From Bugula neritina (lineage: Eukaryota; Animalia; Bryozoa): 64,000 bases of DNA. A model generated the notes under the pieces. The model was not told where the DNA came from, did not search any database, and was given only the letters and a program-made list of their open reading frames with translations. Below are positions 46,330-60,894 of the stretch, one piece after another (the first letter of the stretch is position 1; each line of letters begins with the position of its first letter). The position numbers and the translations under genes were made by a program. The stretch lies in NCBI GenBank assembly GCA_964035545.1, contig OZ037765.1, positions 8,628,698 to 8,692,697 on the forward strand, given 5' to 3'.

Positions 46330-49300
46330 ATGACAGATTTTGTGTCTAAAACCACACAGCTTGCTACTTTGGTTGGGGCTCTTCATCAACAAGGAGAAGA
46401 TGATTCTGATCTGACAGGCATATTAGCTCAGCTACAAGCGGCAATCACCAAGAGAGTTAGTTCCAATGCTGAAAAAGAAAGTCTGCTTGCTACTAGTTAT
46501 AGCAATCTAGAGACTCAGTTAGGTAATGAGTTTTCTGGTCTGCGTCATTCTTGTGATGTGGAGTTCCCTAAACGGAATTTTTGTTTTGAATAGCCAATTA
46601 CAATAGGATCTTAACCAAATTATTAAAATTTCGCTGTCTCAACTTACCTCAAATATCTTAGCCAACATTTTGCATAGGTTTCAACTTTAATTGATGAGGT
46701 ATGGAGTACGTATTAGTTGAAAATTGGTCTATTATTATACTTTATATGCTTTCAATAATGTATTGAAGCAATTTTTATATGTATATAAGAGCAAGTAAAG
46801 GTGAAAAAATTGATAACAGTGTGACATTAAATAATAAATCTAATAGCTTGTAGAATGCAAGTGTGAAAAGAACTTATAGACACATGAAACTTTTTTATTC
46901 AAGTATAAGGAAGAATGACAATTAATATTTTGGTGGGGGTCTACAAAGTAAAATAATAAGCCAAATCTTGCCTGTTTAATACTTCAGATTGTTGTCTGCA
47001 TAATTTTAATCACATCAATTTTACTTTGGCTTCTGTTTGAACTGTACTCTTGATGAATAGAGAAAAGTCATGAACATTTTAATGTTTATTCACAGCCTTT
47101 AACATAACCTTGTGCCTGTCAGCTTTTGTAAAATTAATATCGTAACTGGTTAGATAAAACTTCAGATGGTGTGACACGTTGATGTTCACTTTTGTTTTTT
47201 AGAAGTTAGTAATGATTCAGATCTCTCCCATGCTCAAGCTAATCACCAAGACAAATGTCCCACCAAACTTGAAGCTTCTAAGCGTAAAACAAAGTTTACA
47301 AAGACAGCTAAAGTCACCGAGGGGAAAGAGCTCACTACTGAAGTGCCCGACAGTGGTGAAAATACTGAAAAAATTTCCTGGGAGGCCGTTTTTAGTGTTG
47401 AGAGTGGGTACATAACTGTACTTGAATTAAAAATAAACATTTGCCTATGTTAAAATCTTCCAAGTTTTTTAAACGCAAATGTTTAATGAATACCATTGTT
47501 ATTTTTCAACAGTAGTTATCATGAGCTATCACTTTGCTGCTCTCACATCACTACAAATTCATAAATTATACCAAAGAAGCGCATGTTCTAATATGTCTTA
47601 TAATTTAGCAATTTCTGCCAATTGAACTAGCAAGTGTGTATTTCTTAGCTAATATAAAGACTGAGGTTAATGATGAGGTTGAAGTCTTTTCCCATGATCA
47701 GCATAGTAGTGCTAGTATCTCTGATACTGGGGATGAGGAGGTCCGAGGCTCTAAAACAAATAAGAAGAGTGGTGGTACTGCGTCATTTCAGGGTCGATGT
47801 AAAATATGTGAAGTACAGGCCGTATTAAATCGAGATGATTCGGAAGGTGAACAATTAGTTTTTTTATATCTTTAATTTTTCAATTGTGGCAGTAAACAGC
47901 AACTCTGTGATTTCTTCGTTACATGTGTCCTTACTCGCGTGCTGTCATTTTCAGTTGACATTTATTTTTTTTAGATGCATAGAGCAGAACATTTTTTAAT
48001 TTTCTCCAGAAGTGTTTTGCTAAATGTAAGCAACAGGACATGCATAATGCAATGCTGGTGTTGTTGCTTTTAGTAATCAAGTTTTTTTCTTATTTGCTGC
48101 AGATCAGATGATGCTTGCTCAACTCTCAATGACTGAGCCACCTGACAGTCCGATCTTTTCAAGTTTAATAGCTTTTTCTGCACATATAAAGGTACAGTAG
48201 CCTGTTGTGTTGTCTGTTGTAAAGAAGAGTGTGTTGTGTCTTTTGATTACCTTTCTAGCCACCTATTTGTAGGGAGAGCATGCTGTGGTGGTTGAAACTG
48301 AAGAGAATGCTGCTGGAGCAAGCACTGACATCACAACTTCGAAGGAAGTTGTGGTTAATGGAACTTTGAGTTCAGCAGAAGATATTACAGTTAATGCTGA
48401 TATTAAACTAGAGCCCTCCAATCAAAACAATCAGGTGCAGTGACATGCTGTCTCGTGTACTTTGCTATATGAATTGTATTGAGAATTGTATTCTCATGAC
48501 CATTATTATTCTAATGGGTAGTTTCCACAAAGCCCTGAGGTGTAGGCAATTTGCTGTAATAAAAGCTACAAAAGAAATTATGTTCATTGCTAAAACATCC
48601 TGTAAAGCACCATTCTTAGAAATGGAGCTGTATAATCTCGTTGACTGTCGTCTTTTGTCTGAATATACAAATAATAGTTTCTTCTTTTTTTCTAGCCATT
48701 TAAATACAGTTCACTTCGTTTATTTTTCTTCATATTTTCATGACTTATAATTTGGCACTTGCATCTTTTTGGGCAGTAGCCATAAACTGCCAGCCCTCAG
48801 CACTCTCCTCTAGTATAGGAGTCTGTGTAGGAGTCTGTAGTCTGTAGATTAAATATTGGGTATATTACTATTTATTTTAGACGTTAAACGGAGAATCAAC
48901 AATAACATTAATTGCTAAGCAAGACAACCAAGCATCTTCCAAAACCAAGCAGACAGTAAGTCTCCCAAACCTATGCTCTAAATTAAAGTGGTTTTTTGTA
49001 TTTCTGCCAAAAACACTCGAAACATGAAACTTAGTAAAGATGCGGTTCTGGCGAAAATCTTAGTACTAAAAGTCACTGTTTTTGCAATACTGTTTAAAGA
49101 TCAATTTTATTAGTAACTTGTGTTTAACATTTCCTAGTTGCAAGCTCAGATCTGAGAAATCTGTGGAAGGAGGACTCAATAAATCTTTAGCCCTTTAACA
49201 AATAAATTCCTTAATATCAATATAATATTTTTATTTTATCTAATATATATTCGTTTTATGAGATTCCTAATACATAGTTTACACTACACAGTTACAGTGC

Positions 49301-51412
49301 TATTCTAGGTTCTTTTCTTGGTGTGTCCACACTGTAGTAAAAGATATAACCTTCATGGCACTGCAAAGTCTTGTTACGATCAGCTTGCCTTCCATATGCA
49401 CAAGAAACATGGTGAAGCCTTGCCAACACATGTCACCCTTTATTCTTGCAAAGAATGTCACTTCCAGACTTTGAGGTTTGCTCGCATTACTAATCGTTTA
49501 TTCTGGTGATTATTTTTATTGCCGCAGTCTGATTGTAAAAATAAAGTCAAAATAAGCTCTATATGCTAAATTCATGTGTCTTTTATACCAAGAAAGATAC
49601 GTGTCAGTAATTAGAAATGAGTCGTATTATGAATGCAATGCTATTCTACTCTTTGTGTAGACGCAGGGACTTGGCTAGACACTCTTACGTAGTGCATACA
49701 GACCATGAGCCAAGAGGAGTTCCATGTGAGGTGTGTGGTAAACGTGTACTGCGTACTAGTATGGTCTTCCATATGGCTGCTGTTCATGGTGCAGAGGATG
49801 TTCCTGATCAAGTGAAGGCGAGGACCGCCAAGGCGCAATGCAGTATATGCGGCAAGGAATTCAGGGGAGAAGTTAATTTACAAAGACATATAAAATGTGT
49901 GCACAACAAGGTCAGTTCAGCTCTGTATTAGTTGTGACTCTTTTGATGTTCACAATTAGTTGCAGCTGTTTTACAACTGATATTTTACAAGAAGGCCCTA
50001 ATAGAGTATAGTTATGGTTTAATCTCAAGAAATATTTCTCAACCTTAAAGTAACATGATTTGCCTGACATTCATATAACATCTTTCCTTTTCTCTGGTAA
50101 CCTGTCATGCGAGTTTTCACACATTATAATAATTAGAGTAGCGTCCTTTCGCTGGTTACTTTATATTTTTATAATGAAAGTGCATCTTCTGCCTCATTGC
50201 ATATTCTCATGGTTACGGTAATTAAACTGTACACTTGATGGGTAAAGCTTTGCTTTCTTTTATTTGATTGTTTTTTGTAGGTAAAAGACCAGCTATGTCA
50301 TCTCTGTAGTCAAAGTTTTTTTGCCAAGAGAGAGCTTCAGTTACACATGTTTGCCACGCACAGGATAAACATCTCTAATATGAAGGTGCTCAAATGCCCG
50401 GTAAGTTTCCGTATTGCATCTTGTTTTATTTACTCTAGTCTGTGGTGTAAGCTAATCGTGTTATACTAGTATTATGCTGACTTGTGTAGGCTGAAGGCTG
50501 CACATATGAAACCCTTGCAAAGCGTCACTTGCAAATACACAGCACTGTGCACTACAAGACTAAAGACTTTACCTGTGAGCATTGTGGTAAGGCGTTTAGA
50601 AGTAAACCGGCTTTAGCTCAGCATCGCAAGATATTGCATACCAACGACGTGGAGTATAAGTGTACGCAGTGTGGATTCTCAAGTCACGCCAAGCAGTATG
50701 TTCAGAGACATATGGTTATTCATTCAGAGACAAAACGGCACAAGTGAGTTTCTTTAGTTTTTGTTCTGCGCAATCCTCCATGTTATTTGTGAGGTGCTCC
50801 TGCATGTTATTTACTGCTTTATTATTGAATAATTAACAACTAAAAAGTTGAATGCAAATAGGTTAATTGGGTTATGTATCTGATTAAATCTCCACTCTTT
50901 TTTGAGTCAAGAGTGAGCATCAATTTGTCATTGTATTTCTTGGAAAAAGTTAAGTTTCGTATCGTTGTAATTGACCCTGGGTTACATAACACTCATATAG
51001 TATCTAGTTGCCTCACCAAAGAGCAAAGATTCAGTTGTAAGCTATTCTTGCATTTATCTATTTTGGAATCTTCTCATTTAGGTGTGATTTTGAGGGGTGT
51101 TCTTATGCTACACATTATGTTGAAAACTTGACAAAACACAAAAAGAAGCATAGATCTAAAGATACAAACGGGTTGCTAGAAAATAGTATGGACATTGCTT
51201 TGTAACCTAATTTTCGGAGGATTGATAGTTAATAACTAGAAGTAGTTGCTGAACCGATTTTAAATCTAATAAAAGAGTTTGCATCATACGATTTCTTCTG
51301 TATTTTGATATAGTTGTGTAATTTTTTTACAATTTGACAAAATATTTGTTAAACATATATTTTGTTGCATCATTTAACTTTGGCAGTACTCAATGCGTTT
51401 TACAGATATTAA
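46330..51412 (+). CDS. Multi-exon C2H2 zinc-finger protein
   Basis: AAAATG at 46330, acidic low-complexity N-terminal exons, then about 8 fingers in exons 49309-49474, 49661-49910, 50281-50400 and 50490-50743 (e.g. FTCEHCGKAFRSKPALAQHRKILH). The terminal exon at 51406 (AG|A TAT TAA, then AATAAA near 51595) is tentative. Confidence 0.85.
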
Positions 51413-51906
51413 ATCTCTTTGATAGCAGTGCAGCTTTTAATGTAAAACATCTTGATTTCTTGGAAATTTATTTATTACTAATTATATTTTTAGCTTTCTA
51501 TGCATTTGCTCATGTGTAGCAGCAACATATTCGGTATTCAGTGGTTGTTTACATTGTTTACAAGTACAATTATTACTCGATGTTTTTATCATGTAATAAA
51601 AATAAATATTTACAATTTTAATTTTAAAAGTCTATTGCATTTATATCATGATAAGTAATAGAGTTTATAGCTGCTAGTCCTGTGCAGGTTACATCAGTGA
51701 AGTAATAGTTTTATAAAATACTGTTAGGGCATGTGAACTGCACTTGCCAACCATGCACCAGCTTAGTTATCACATCAAGTACTTATAAATGCCATATGGA
51801 ATTTGCCAAATAGTTCTGTCATTAAATAATCTCATATGTCCAAATAAGTATCTACAGTATAACCCTATTTTTCTCCTTTTGCGAATTATAATATGTTTTC
51901 ATGCCT

Positions 51907-52474
51907 ATGGAGTGCCAAATGGTCAAAAAATCCCTTATTATTGCATCTCATATGCTTACAATAAAGTATCTAGCCATTATTCTCTCTCATATGCTCACAA
52001 AACCTCTTGCAGGTCTATAATTTACTCTTATACCCTTATTATTCGTGCTCTTAGGTCTATTATTTGGTCTCACACTGTTATTGTTCATTATCATACCCTT
52101 ATTTCTCTCTCTTTTATGCTCATTATTCAGTCCATACCTCCATTATGTACTCTCATATTCCTATTATTGGCTCTCTTAAAGTCATTATTTATTCTTCTAT
52201 AAAGGGATATAAGAGTGGATATAAGAGTACATAATGGAGGTATGGACTGAATAATGAGCATAAATGAGAGAGAAATAAGGGTATGAGAATGAACAATAAC
52301 AGTGCGAGACCAAATAAGAGACCTAAGAGCATGAATAATAAGGGTATGAGAGCAAATTATAGACCAGTGAGAGGTTTTGTAAGCATATGAGAGAGAATAA
52401 TGGCTAGATACTTTATTGTAAGCATATAAGATACAATAATTTAAGCGAATTTTTTTAACCATTTGGCACTCCAT
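51907..52474. mobile_element. Fold-back structure made of two tail-to-tail copies of a ~290-bp MITE
   Basis: 51907-52160 and 52215-52474 are highly similar inverted copies; outer ends ATGGAGTGCCAAATGG / CCATTTGGCACTCCAT. Confidence 0.85.
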
Positions 52475-52878
52475 ACTATGCCCAAGTTATTAACTCTCGT
52501 ACCCTTACTCTGATCATACTGCAGTTTCATATTGTACAATAAAACACCTATAAAACATATTCACTACTACTAGCCAGAATCTAAACTTTTAGCTGCCGCT
52601 ATTACACAAATTGCTGACGCTGACTGCATATTAATATTTTGTGGAGCACTGAAGCTGCAGCTAGAAATGAGCATGAATACCTCTTGATTCTTCAAATTCA
52701 AACCTCTTTCAATAAAAATCAAAACGCTGTTGTGATCTGTATCCTTTCAACTACATTTGAGATTTTGATAGAGTACACTGGAGCAAATAATGAGCTGCCT
52801 AATCATACTATATAATGACTAGATAAAGCACTCTCTGTGTAAGCCATATCTCTTTTTATTTGCGACAGAAGGTTGGCC

Positions 52879-55800
52879 ATGCAGAGATTTTGTAAGTTTT
52901 GGATTTATAATGTTTAAAACAACACCAGGGAAAAAACTCTTTATTTGTACAGCCCATGTGCTCATGGTTGTAGTAATCATTATTATATTGAATCATCTTG
53001 AACTACTATAATAGCTGATGGCTGATCACTATAATATTATTATTGCAATATGTCATTGTTCAACCCACTTGAAATATTTTATCAAACATTCCAGATGTCC
53101 TTTGTTGTGCATGTTAAGTAAAAAAGCATATTGATATTTATAAAAATGGTAAAGCAGGTCTTGAATGTAAAACAAAATGGCATTAGCTCTATTTTACGGA
53201 GAAAGCAAATTTCTTCCTCCAAATCTTCACAGGTTTTTTATATTATGTGTGGTAAATCTTTAGGTACTGCATCTTTTTCATGATACATACTATAACTATA
53301 CATGCAGTTAATACTTTAATTTGTAGTAAAATGAACTTTCTAACCAGTGTAATATGTTTAATTGTAGACCAATGTATGATAGTATGAAACTATAAGTTGT
53401 TACATGCCAGTTACTATTTAAATATAATTATACTGGTGACTATTAGAACAAAAATGATACTCTTTGTTTCAAGGCCACCAGTTCCCAAAATGGTATAATG
53501 AGGAATTAAAAAAGGAAAAAGACATTGAAATCCCTAAAACCTCTATATCAATTGAAGTTCGAAAAAGGTACAAAGTGTGTATTGATACATCAGAAAATTG
53601 GCGACTTTTGTTGTATAGTGGCATACCATGCATATCTATTATGTAAACCATGGATGATATTGTATTTGATAAAAGCATATTACGATTAAAGTTATAACTT
53701 GAACACACCCTCTGGATGTTATGGAGTGCCAAATGGTCAAAAATTCCTTATTATTGTATCTCATTTGCTTATAATAAAGTATCTAGCCATTATTCTCTCT
53801 CATATGCTCACAAAACCTCTCATAGATCTGTAATTTGCTCTCATACCCTTATTATTCATGCTCTTAGGTCTATTATTATTATTCATTCTCATACCCTTAC
53901 TTCTCTCCCAATTTTATGCTCATTATTCAGTCCCACACCTCCATTATGTGCTCTCATATCCCTATTATTGGCTCTGTTGTAGTCATTTTTCATTCTTTTA
54001 TGGCACTCCATGCATAGGATGCTGACTATAATACTGCAGAGTACACACTTTCAAGTTTATAGTGCTGTACTATGCATACATGGCTGATAATTGAAGACTG
54101 CTGCAATATATCATAAACATTTTAAATTTAAACTTCTTATGTTTTAGTGAAGATGCTACTTCAGATACAGAGGCTCAAAAACTATCAATAGAAAAAGAGA
54201 ATGTTGCAGGTAGTGGGGAGAAAACTATGTGTAGTTTGCATAATTATACTTATACCCTACTAAGTTCTCTATCACTTTGTATTGAGTGGAAAGAGTTGAA
54301 GCGAATATTAGTGCGTTCTTCTAGCAAAAACTCAGTTGAATCACTCTTAATGGTCAGCATAAGACGTTTCATGCAGATAAAACATAATTTAGTAATTATT
54401 TCTGATTTTAACTTGTTAGTTTACAGGGCAGTGTAAAACTCAAAACTTACAGGCTAATAATTAAATCAATGAATGCTTCCTGGTATAGCTTTCAAACTAG
54501 CATATTTTCAATTGTACCCATAAGAATAAAGTTCCATGTACCTATCTGCTTCTAAATATATATATTTAAATCTTTCTTGATACAGATCTTGATTTGCTTC
54601 AAACAATTTGCCAAACTCTGAAGTTGATGAAAAAAACATCCCATGCTGGTCACAAAGCTACCTTGCTAGCAGTCATTGAACAATTGCTGGGAAATGAACT
54701 GAAGCAATCCTACAACACTAGGCGATATCCCATGCCTTTAGCCGTGAGCAGACTACAAGGCTCCAAGAACGACTTACTATCCATACTTGTGAAACGACTG
54801 CAAAGCAAAGGGTGGGAGGGTTACCATAATACAAAATTACCCAATAGTGGTCATTTTCAAAACAATAAGTTTATTCCTTCAAACCTTCGAACTCAAGAAC
54901 TACTCAAAAGGTTAGTCTGTTTGAAATTTATAGTGCCAAATTAGCTGCAACATTTCAAGGTGTTAAGATGTGATCATTTTCTCATGCATTTAATTTGTCT
55001 CCCTTTTAGCTGTAAATTTCGTTTATATGTCTGCATTGTACTATGTTTTTCATTAAACATTTATTAGGTTGGAAAACAAACAGGATTATGGCTCAGAAAG
55101 ACAACAACTGGTTAGTAAAATTCGAAAAGAGTTGCTGTCAATCATAGAAAAAGGGGACTTCAAACACAAGTGAGTTATAGTAATGTTGAATGGTAATATA
55201 ATAAGACAAAATGCTTGCGTTTAGTTTATATATATCGATAAACTTTTATTAATGTTGAAACTTTTGTTATAATGGCAACAATTCACCTATCAATCTGGAG
55301 TGGACTTTCTTCCACAGTTGTGGCTGATACTGTAAAATAATTTGCCCCTACCAGGATTCGAACCACAGACCTTAGTTGCAAGCAGGTGTGCTAACCAATT
55401 ACGCTACAGAGGTGTCAGGATTCTTAACAACAGATCCAAAATAATTATTTTTTCCCTATTTCTTGGTTTCAGATGCTCAGCCTGAAATTTATTTGCTTTT
55501 GCATTAAAGAATTTATTGCATGTTTAGGCAACACTTTAATAATCTAAAATTTACTATAAGTAAAAATAGCATATGTTATATGCTTATAAGAAACACTATC
55601 TAATTAGACTCACACTCAAGAAGTCGAGTATGAGAAGCTAACTCTGTACTGCATATGATGGCCTAATCTAATGTCTATACTACTTACATATGCACCTTTT
55701 AATTCCATTTTAACCTCTCTGTTATACAACAGCAGTTAGCTACGAAACAAGGTTTGGCATACTCAAAGTATTTTTTGCAATAAGAAGACAATTCTTAATA

Positions 55801-56271
55801 AACTCACTATGCACTTGACTTTCCTTTAAAATAAAAGTATAGTGGCATAGTTGATATGTGCTCACTCTATCTTACTAGACATTCAGAGTTTGCAAAGGTT
55901 TTAGTCCTACTACCGACAGAGTCTTTAACCAAAATGATGGATTGTAGCTTTATATTTTATTTACATCATGCACAGTTATCTAAAGTTCCAACAAAGTCGT
56001 TATAATTAATTTGTGTTTATTTTAAGCTCTTTGAGTTCCCGCCTTCATTGTTATGATGTTATTTATTTTCAGAGAGCTGCCCTCCCCATGTGCACAGAAA
56101 GTCCTCAACTCTAAGAGTAAATCAGTCTTACAAAAATTACCTGTGGTGGATTATCAAAGCATTTATGATAAAACAGCTCTGCAGTTACTGAATTTCTACT
56201 GGAGCAATTGGCATTCTACTGCCAGGCTGAATGCAAAAAACGACCTTTTGCTCCGCTCTTACACATCTTGA
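52879..56271 (+). CDS. Uncharacterised multi-exon protein
   Basis: Phase-consistent GT-AG exon chain approx. 52879-52891, 53119-53148, 53473-53567, 54148-54209, 54586-54910, 55068-55169, 56073-56271. No domain recognised; the first two exons are tentative. Confidence 0.5.
53721..54011. mobile_element. Single ~290-bp MITE, the monomer of the 51907-52474 fold-back
   Basis: 11-bp TIR ATGGAGTGCCA / TGGCACTCCAT; collinear with 51907-52200. Confidence 0.85.
55331..55412 (-). mobile_element. tRNA-derived SINE head or tRNA pseudogene (copy 2)
   Basis: Minus strand TAGCGTAATTGGTTAGC...GGTTCGAATCC...GGGGCAAATTATTTTACA aligns with 9970-10053. Confidence 0.75.
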
Positions 56272-56582
56272 TCTTCTGGTGAATCAAGTATGAACGCTAA
56301 AATGTTTTAGTTTTAATTCATCGATACCAAATTGTGATTTATGTAATTGAGAAGACATTTATTGAAGCACAATTGTAGGCATACACAAAAATATAACTAG
56401 TGCAAAAAGCATGGCAATACTGCTACGCTACGCTTCATCATTAAAATAGTAAACTGTTCTAAAGCATCTGCTAACTATAAAACAAACACGCTATTGGCAA
56501 CTATCTAAAAAAGCATAAAACTAACAGCTATAAAAATATATAAAATTATAAACATGAAAAAAATATCATTAGAGGAAGAAAA

Positions 56583-59500
56583 TTAACTAAACTTTACACT
56601 ACTTCTTGGGCTTTTGGTTGTGCTGGGAGTCCTTGCCATGGTTCTAGACAGCTTCTTTATGCCATCTGCAAGCGTTTCAAATTCTCTCCATTTCTCACTT
56701 TGAATGCTTTCGTCGAATCTTTTTTCCGTCTCAGCTGCAGCCAAATCGGTCTCTAATTCTCTTATATGAAGTTGACTGGTTGACAAGTCAGAGCTTCTCT
56801 GTGTCAACTAGAATTATGAAAAAAGAAACACAGTTTAGGCAGCCTGACTAATAGACAAAAAGTATGTAAAGCCTTGCCGATGCAAACAGCTGCACACCTA
56901 ACAGACTAATAAATTTTGTTTCAACTTACAAATAAATTGTATGAAATCTCAAGAGTTAATCAATTGATTTATTAATCCCTGAGAAACAACACAATATCGT
57001 AACTATTATGGCTAGAAAATTTTATATTTATACATTATAATATAATTTAATGTTAAAAATTGCAGTAGCATAAGCTTTAAAATTACCTGCTTCTGCAGAT
57101 CTGTTACATGATCAGTTAATATCTCTTTATCTCGCCTTAGATTGCTGTTCTCTTTCTCTAAGGTGCTAATCTGCACCTGATTCTCTGCCAAATCGACTTT
57201 CATGCGATTGTTGGTTGCTTCTAAATCAAGATATTTTTCTTCTTCATTTTTCACCTAAATAATATAAAAATTTGTACAAAAACTAGCAAATAGCAAGTTT
57301 TTGAAACTTTTTATATAAAGCATATTTGTTATCATGGCTAAACAAGAGCCACACATTTAAAAGAAAGCTACCACATGTTACGAGCTAAGTTAACAGTTTG
57401 TGTTTTTGGACATAGCTGTTGATCTATTTTTGATTACATGTTAAGTATTTTTTATAAATTGAAAATGTATAAAAAAATGTTTTTTTACTCTTGTGAACAT
57501 GAAAATGCAAAGAAATATGACAACTGATGATACATGTTTATGTAATAAACTTTGACCATATTTTATATATACACTTAAAAGAACAATCTGCAAAGAGAGC
57601 TGCAAAGATACTAACAGTCATTATGCCTACTGTATTTCTAAGTATATGTACTAACCTGTTCAAGGTACCTATCGGATCGTTCCTTCTCATTAACAACAGA
57701 TTGCTGTGTAGAACGCAAGTTCAACTGTAATTCCTTTTCTCTGTCAGAGAGCAACGTCAATTCTATCATATCTTCCGTGTGACTTTTTTCCAACTCTTTT
57801 CTTACTTCCTGTTCCTGAAAATAAAATAAAAAACTTATATAATAAATAATGAGATAATACAGTTGCAACAATAATACAATGAAACATAACTATAAGTACT
57901 TATTTCAGAGAAGGCGTCTTACAATGTTAAACTTCTTCATATGAATATAACTTAACGAACCATTTCTTTTGAGTGGATTGTCGTGATGTTGCAAGAAAAT
58001 ATTTTACAACAGGTTATGATAAGTGTAATTAAATATGTATTTGCACATTCCATCAGAGTAGGTCAAGATTTTAATAAAAACAATTCAACCTTTTCAAACA
58101 TTATAAAATTGTACCAACTAAAATCACCAACCTTCAACACTTGCTCTTCCAAGTCTATGAGTTGTTGTCTTAGCATATAGTTAGATTTATTCAGCTGTTC
58201 ATTCTCATCTTTCGTCTTGTTTTTTAAGAACCGTTCATCATGTACCTGCCTTTCCAGTTCAGTATTTTGTTGTTTTGAAATTCTCAACTCATTCTACATT
58301 TCAATAAAACTAATGTTAACAATGCTGTAACTTCAAAGCGTGTAACTATGCCCCTTTAAGACTCTAAAATAACTTCAAAGTTTAGTTGCATTTGAATGTA
58401 AACATAGACAAATTTTGTCCATTAATTGTTTTTAGCATGGTAGATGTTCTATCCGCAAGTTGTTAAGTCAAATAATTTTATTTGTATAATTTAGCAAAAT
58501 TAAAACTGCAAGATTAGTAATAAAAACTTTTATGAAAGGTTTTTATGGGAAACATGAATTAGTTTAGGTAAACATCCTCACAAAGTACTTTTTCGTTACC
58601 TTGAGCTCATTAAGCTGGCGATTATGCATGTGCTGAGTTGTGTTATAGTAATGCTCCTCTATTTTCTCAATTCTAGACTCAGCATCAATGCACTGCGCTC
58701 TCTTCTCTTGGAGATTTCGCTGAGTAATGTCTTGTTGTTCAATTTTTTCATTAAGCTACAAATAAAAAATAACTTATTATATTTTGTATATAGCCTTAAA
58801 TTTAAATTGAAATTATAATTAATCAACTAAAGCAAATTTTGCTTGTAGTAAGTAACATTACTCAAAATATATGTAGTTTACACTGTTCAATACTAATTGA
58901 GAAAGAATTGGCGGTGATTACCAAAATAACTTTAAAAGCACTCATTCTATTCATTCTCAACAAGCTCATGCAAGAAAAAAAAAGGTAAAGAGTTATAAAA
59001 TAGGAACATATAGCTGCATATGTTAACAGCAGTTTACGTAAGTTAGTAAATTAGACAGAAGTATCGTACAACTGTAAATAAAGTTGACTTTGGTATTTTT
59101 ATCACCTATAAACAGCTAATGAGACTTTTTGGTAGGTGGATGCATACAGAAAAAACAGGTTTTTTTTAATAGTTTGACATGTTTAGTATCTAACTTTTTT
59201 GTAAGAAAATAAATGAACTCTATCTTAAAGTGTTTATGCCAAGTGTGGATATATATCAGTTACCCTACTTAAACCAAACTAGAATACACTACATAACTTT
59301 AGAATAGTTTATTACAATAGATTATAACAAAGTAAGTAACGACGCCTAAAATATTATAGTTTCATTTTACTAATTAATTTACCTGCTCTTGTACCAGCAG
59401 CAGCGTATTCTGGGACTCCCTTAACTTTATTGAGACTGATTCCTTTTCTGAAAGAAGTCGCTCCACCTGATTGCCCAGCCTCACGTTTTCTAATGTTACT

Positions 59501-60894
59501 CTATCTCTTTCTTGCTTGACACAATCTAATTCATCTTGTAGCTCCAGTTTCATTCTCACCTTCTCCCCTTAACATAATTATTCTACATATCACATATAGT
59601 ACATTATGAAGGAAGGCAAACAATGTCTTATAAATGTGTCTGCATAATACTAGAATGTTCTTTTGACAACTGCTGTTCTCCTGTATAATCTTGGAATCTG
59701 TTTTACAGCCACCTTCAGGTTTTTTTAATAATGCACAATTATTACAAGTGTTCTACCACTGAAGTCTAATTACAAAAATGTCAGTATAATATCATACTGA
59801 TAAAAAATATATTTCTTGTAGTGTTTAATTCACATATAACCTTATGAAAAAGTTCTATCATTGTCACATATAAAAATTATGTTTTAAGCTGTGAAAGTTA
59901 TAATGAGATAGATTTTTTATATTTACTTTCTTCTTCTGTTAGTTTCTGGAGAACTTTACTTTTTTCTGCAGTTCTCAGCTCCAAACTTGCATCTTTTCTT
60001 CTTAATTCAAGATGTAATCCATCAATTTCAGATTGTAGAGCCTGAAAAAATAATATACTGTGTTTTAGTACAACTAAAAGCATTACGAATTAACAATTAT
60101 AAAAAAACCAAAAATATGATTTACAATAAATATTAAAATGATTGTCAGATTTTTATAAGAAGAGGTGAAACTATAAACATGTTATATAGTAATGAGAAGA
60201 TTTGAAGTGTTTATAGATACTGTTATTTGTTTGTAGATAAAAAAAGAGTGCCCATACTCAGTAGGCTATATGCTGGTTACTATAAAAAAGAAACTTTAGA
60301 AGATACTAATCTTTACTGTAATTTATTAGATTTGGTTATGATTGTGTAACTACCCTAAGTTTAGTTAACATTCGCTCTGCTTCTGCAGTCATTACTGGAT
60401 GGAGGTCCGTGGCTTTTTTTGCTTGCTCTCGCAAGTAATTCGATTCAAGTTCCAGAAAATACACTTGCTGCTGTAAATTCTTGATATAATCATTTTCAAT
60501 TTCTTTAAGCTCTGCTGACCTGCTGAAACTAGTACCAAGTTTTCTAAAACACAACACATATTAATTTACTAAACAAAACTAATACTTGCATTTCTTGCTA
60601 AGATATTGACATATAGCATGCATGTTTATCACAACTTAAAATAGCAAGATACCCGGATTGACTCTTTCTCAGATCTGTTTTGCTTGGTTGATACTCAATA
60701 GATTTGTTTAAAGGAGAAGGGGTTCTGCCACGGAGAGAATCTTTAAGTACCCCAGCAGATCTACTCCTGCTTCTGCTAAGACGAGGACCGCTTTGACTTT
60801 CATTTGGAGAACGCAATGTTGTTTTCCATGTTATAGCTGTAGGCTCTTGGTCAGTACCTAACATAGGTCGAGTAATTTCTCTGTTGATTGACAT
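56583..60894 (-). CDS. Multi-exon coiled-coil protein, family not identified
   Basis: Exons approx. 60894-60653, 60543-60354, 60042-59926, 59568-59383, 58755-58600, 58293-58132, 57813-57657, 57255-57087, 56807-56583. Heptad-rich E/K/L/Q sequence (e.g. ENDYIKNLQQQVYFLELESNYLREQAKKA); minus-strand AATAAA near 56358. Confidence 0.85.

Noticed and set aside
51789-52474. 137-aa and 115-aa ORFs resembling each other and 53716-53982
   Set aside because: These are translations of the same non-coding MITE copies, not a gene family.
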